Source: Psilocybe cubensis
Lineage: Eukaryota
NCBI GenBank assembly: GCA_017499595.2
Contig: CM039000.1
Span: 434,001 to 498,000 of the forward strand
DNA length: 64,000 nucleotides
Direction: 5' to 3'
The position numbers and the translations under genes were made by a program. The number at the start of each line of letters is the position of its first letter. Positions within the stretch are counted from its first letter, which is position 1. The notes below the pieces were generated by a model, which searched no databases, was not told where the DNA came from, and worked only from the letters and a program-made list of their open reading frames with translations. Below are positions 62,701-64,000 of this stretch, in pieces.

Positions 62701-63524
62701 AGGTGATTCAGATGTCGGGTGTGCGACGCGCAGTAGAGCCTGTTCTTCAAAGTCTTTCCGCTCTTCCAACTCCTCAAGAAGTTGCTTTTGAAATGTTAGA
62801 GATTCGCATAGAGGAGGAAATTCTGCAGAATGGTGAGATATTAATAGATAACATCCCACCTCCCATAGCTCTGCTGATCGGAAATAGGCACCATTCCAAC
62901 GCTCTATCCTATGCATTGGATTAACCTGATGCTCATGTCGTATGCACCGTCTGCATAATAGAGATGGAATAGAGCAATCTCGACACCTCCATACCGAGAT
63001 GCAATCGTTATGGCATTGTGTGCAGATGGATGGTGCATTAAGCGCCCTCGGCGCTTCTCGACTCAGCAATGCACCAAGTATATCATCCACTCGTTCCACA
63101 AATTGCAGAATGTAGTCTCTTTGAGTCTTTAACGTATAAGATAAGCCAGCAACTCCATTTAAAACTTTGAAATTACCTTTCGAGGTCTGGAGTCTACAGG
63201 TCTTCCATCGTCGCGGTGGTCATCAGTGTTGTGTATGTCATAATCACCTTCATAGCCTTCTGATGTATCCTGATTGTCTATATGCCATGGATCACCTGTA
63301 TTACGCCTCTGTGGAACTGCCAATGAGACTGGAACAAGGAAAGTCAGTGATTGTAATAATAGCTTGCATTTTTTGATACCTTTTACCAAGTCCGGAACCG
63401 TCCTTCCAGTTCTTGTTGTACGAGTACGATTTTCATATGTTACTGCGTCTGCTGCATCAGCATCATCCTCATATAATGTCCCCTTTTTGGATCTTCTTGA
63501 ACTTTTGGTTCTCTGTGACGGCAT
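59779..63524 (-). CDS. CxC2-KDZ transposase of KDZ-3, no lesion seen
   Basis: MPSQRTKSS start; CTQC..WRCRDC; VHTNGLHH..CVC; FCPACPQPG; ADGNFK; CARHGC; YDIICQY; FHVHAHKDEC; GEILESLW; LLDDH; RYEMQWT; about six exons. Confidence 0.88.
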
Positions 63525-63720
63525 AGAAAAGGAATAGAAAGAGCAGAACAAAGTACAAACGTGAAGACTCTTAGGTTCCTTATCATGAAATCGATTAGAT
63601 CTTATTCCTGAATGGAGGTTGTGAAATTTGTCATACAGGCCTGAAAAATATAAATAGGGAAACCTTCTAGCTAAGCTGAATTCTTTACACCCCCATAAAA
63701 AGGTATAAGCAGCCCAGAAC

Positions 63721-64000
63721 ATGTCGGAGATAGATGAGCAAGATGTTCTAGATGTTTTTCAGACCCACGATAGGCGCAAGAGGGTGTACAATAGTCTGGA
63801 GAGAAAGGAAATAGACCCTTTCAAAGAAGAATATTTTGCGGCAACATCTAATCTTGAACGCAAACAGGTTGTATGCAAGATTCTCCCTTAACTATTTAAT
63901 ATTTGGGTTACGACAGGAAGTAGACGTCTGTCTGCAACTCAGGAATTTGCACAAAAAGAGGCAAAGGTATGTTACTATTGGTTACTTACCTGACAATATT
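63721..64000 (+). pseudogene. First exon of the KDZ-3 helical/HMG-like gene with premature TAA at 63889
   Basis: MSEIDEQDVLDVFQTHDRRKRVY...TSNLERKQVVCKILP*LFNIW...KEAK|gtatgt, homologous to 41802-42077; absent from the ORF track. Confidence 0.75.

Larger units (their letters stand above)
51366..64000 (-). mobile_element. KDZ-3: KDZ-2-related transposon, inverted, partial (continues past the window)
   Basis: Starts cagtgtgaaatgctacattgta..., resembling the reverse complement of the KDZ-2 right end (caggtaggcatgctacaatgta); same gene order reversed. Confidence 0.88.

Overview
Eukaryotic, intron-rich fungal DNA (gene content and intron style point to an agaric basidiomycete; inference). Bases 1-14.7 kb are ordinary host genes: MFS transporter, ML/NPC2 lipid-binding protein, J-domain protein, ATG101 and an Argonaute with an intact DEDD tetrad. 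From ~14.9 kb the window is almost all transposons. (1) KDZ-1 is a complete 15.6-kb Kyakuja-Dileera-Zisupton (KDZ) DNA transposon with 302-bp TIRs and six genes, including an apparently intact CxC2-KDZ transposase and a TET/JBP dioxygenase. (2) A decayed chromodomain Ty3/Gypsy element sits inside a P-loop GTPase-like gene. (3) KDZ-2 (13.6 kb, no TET gene, decayed) is nested in the Gypsy RT. (4) KDZ-3 is inserted in the Gypsy 3' LTR in the opposite orientation and runs off the window. (5) An intact Ty1/Copia element with identical TG...TA LTRs is nested in KDZ-3. The most striking unexplained signal: the KDZ elements share an ordered cargo (Zn2Cys6-like coiled-coil protein, helical/HMG-like protein, transposase, CxxC protein, +/- TET) and carry many family-specific CGGA-core motifs (CGGATCCG and ACGGCGGA in KDZ-1; GTCGGA in KDZ-2/3), with arrays in the same homologous intron. 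This suggests a self-recognising, sequence-specific anti-silencing system (hypothesis). Exon boundaries and motif counts were read by eye and are approximate.
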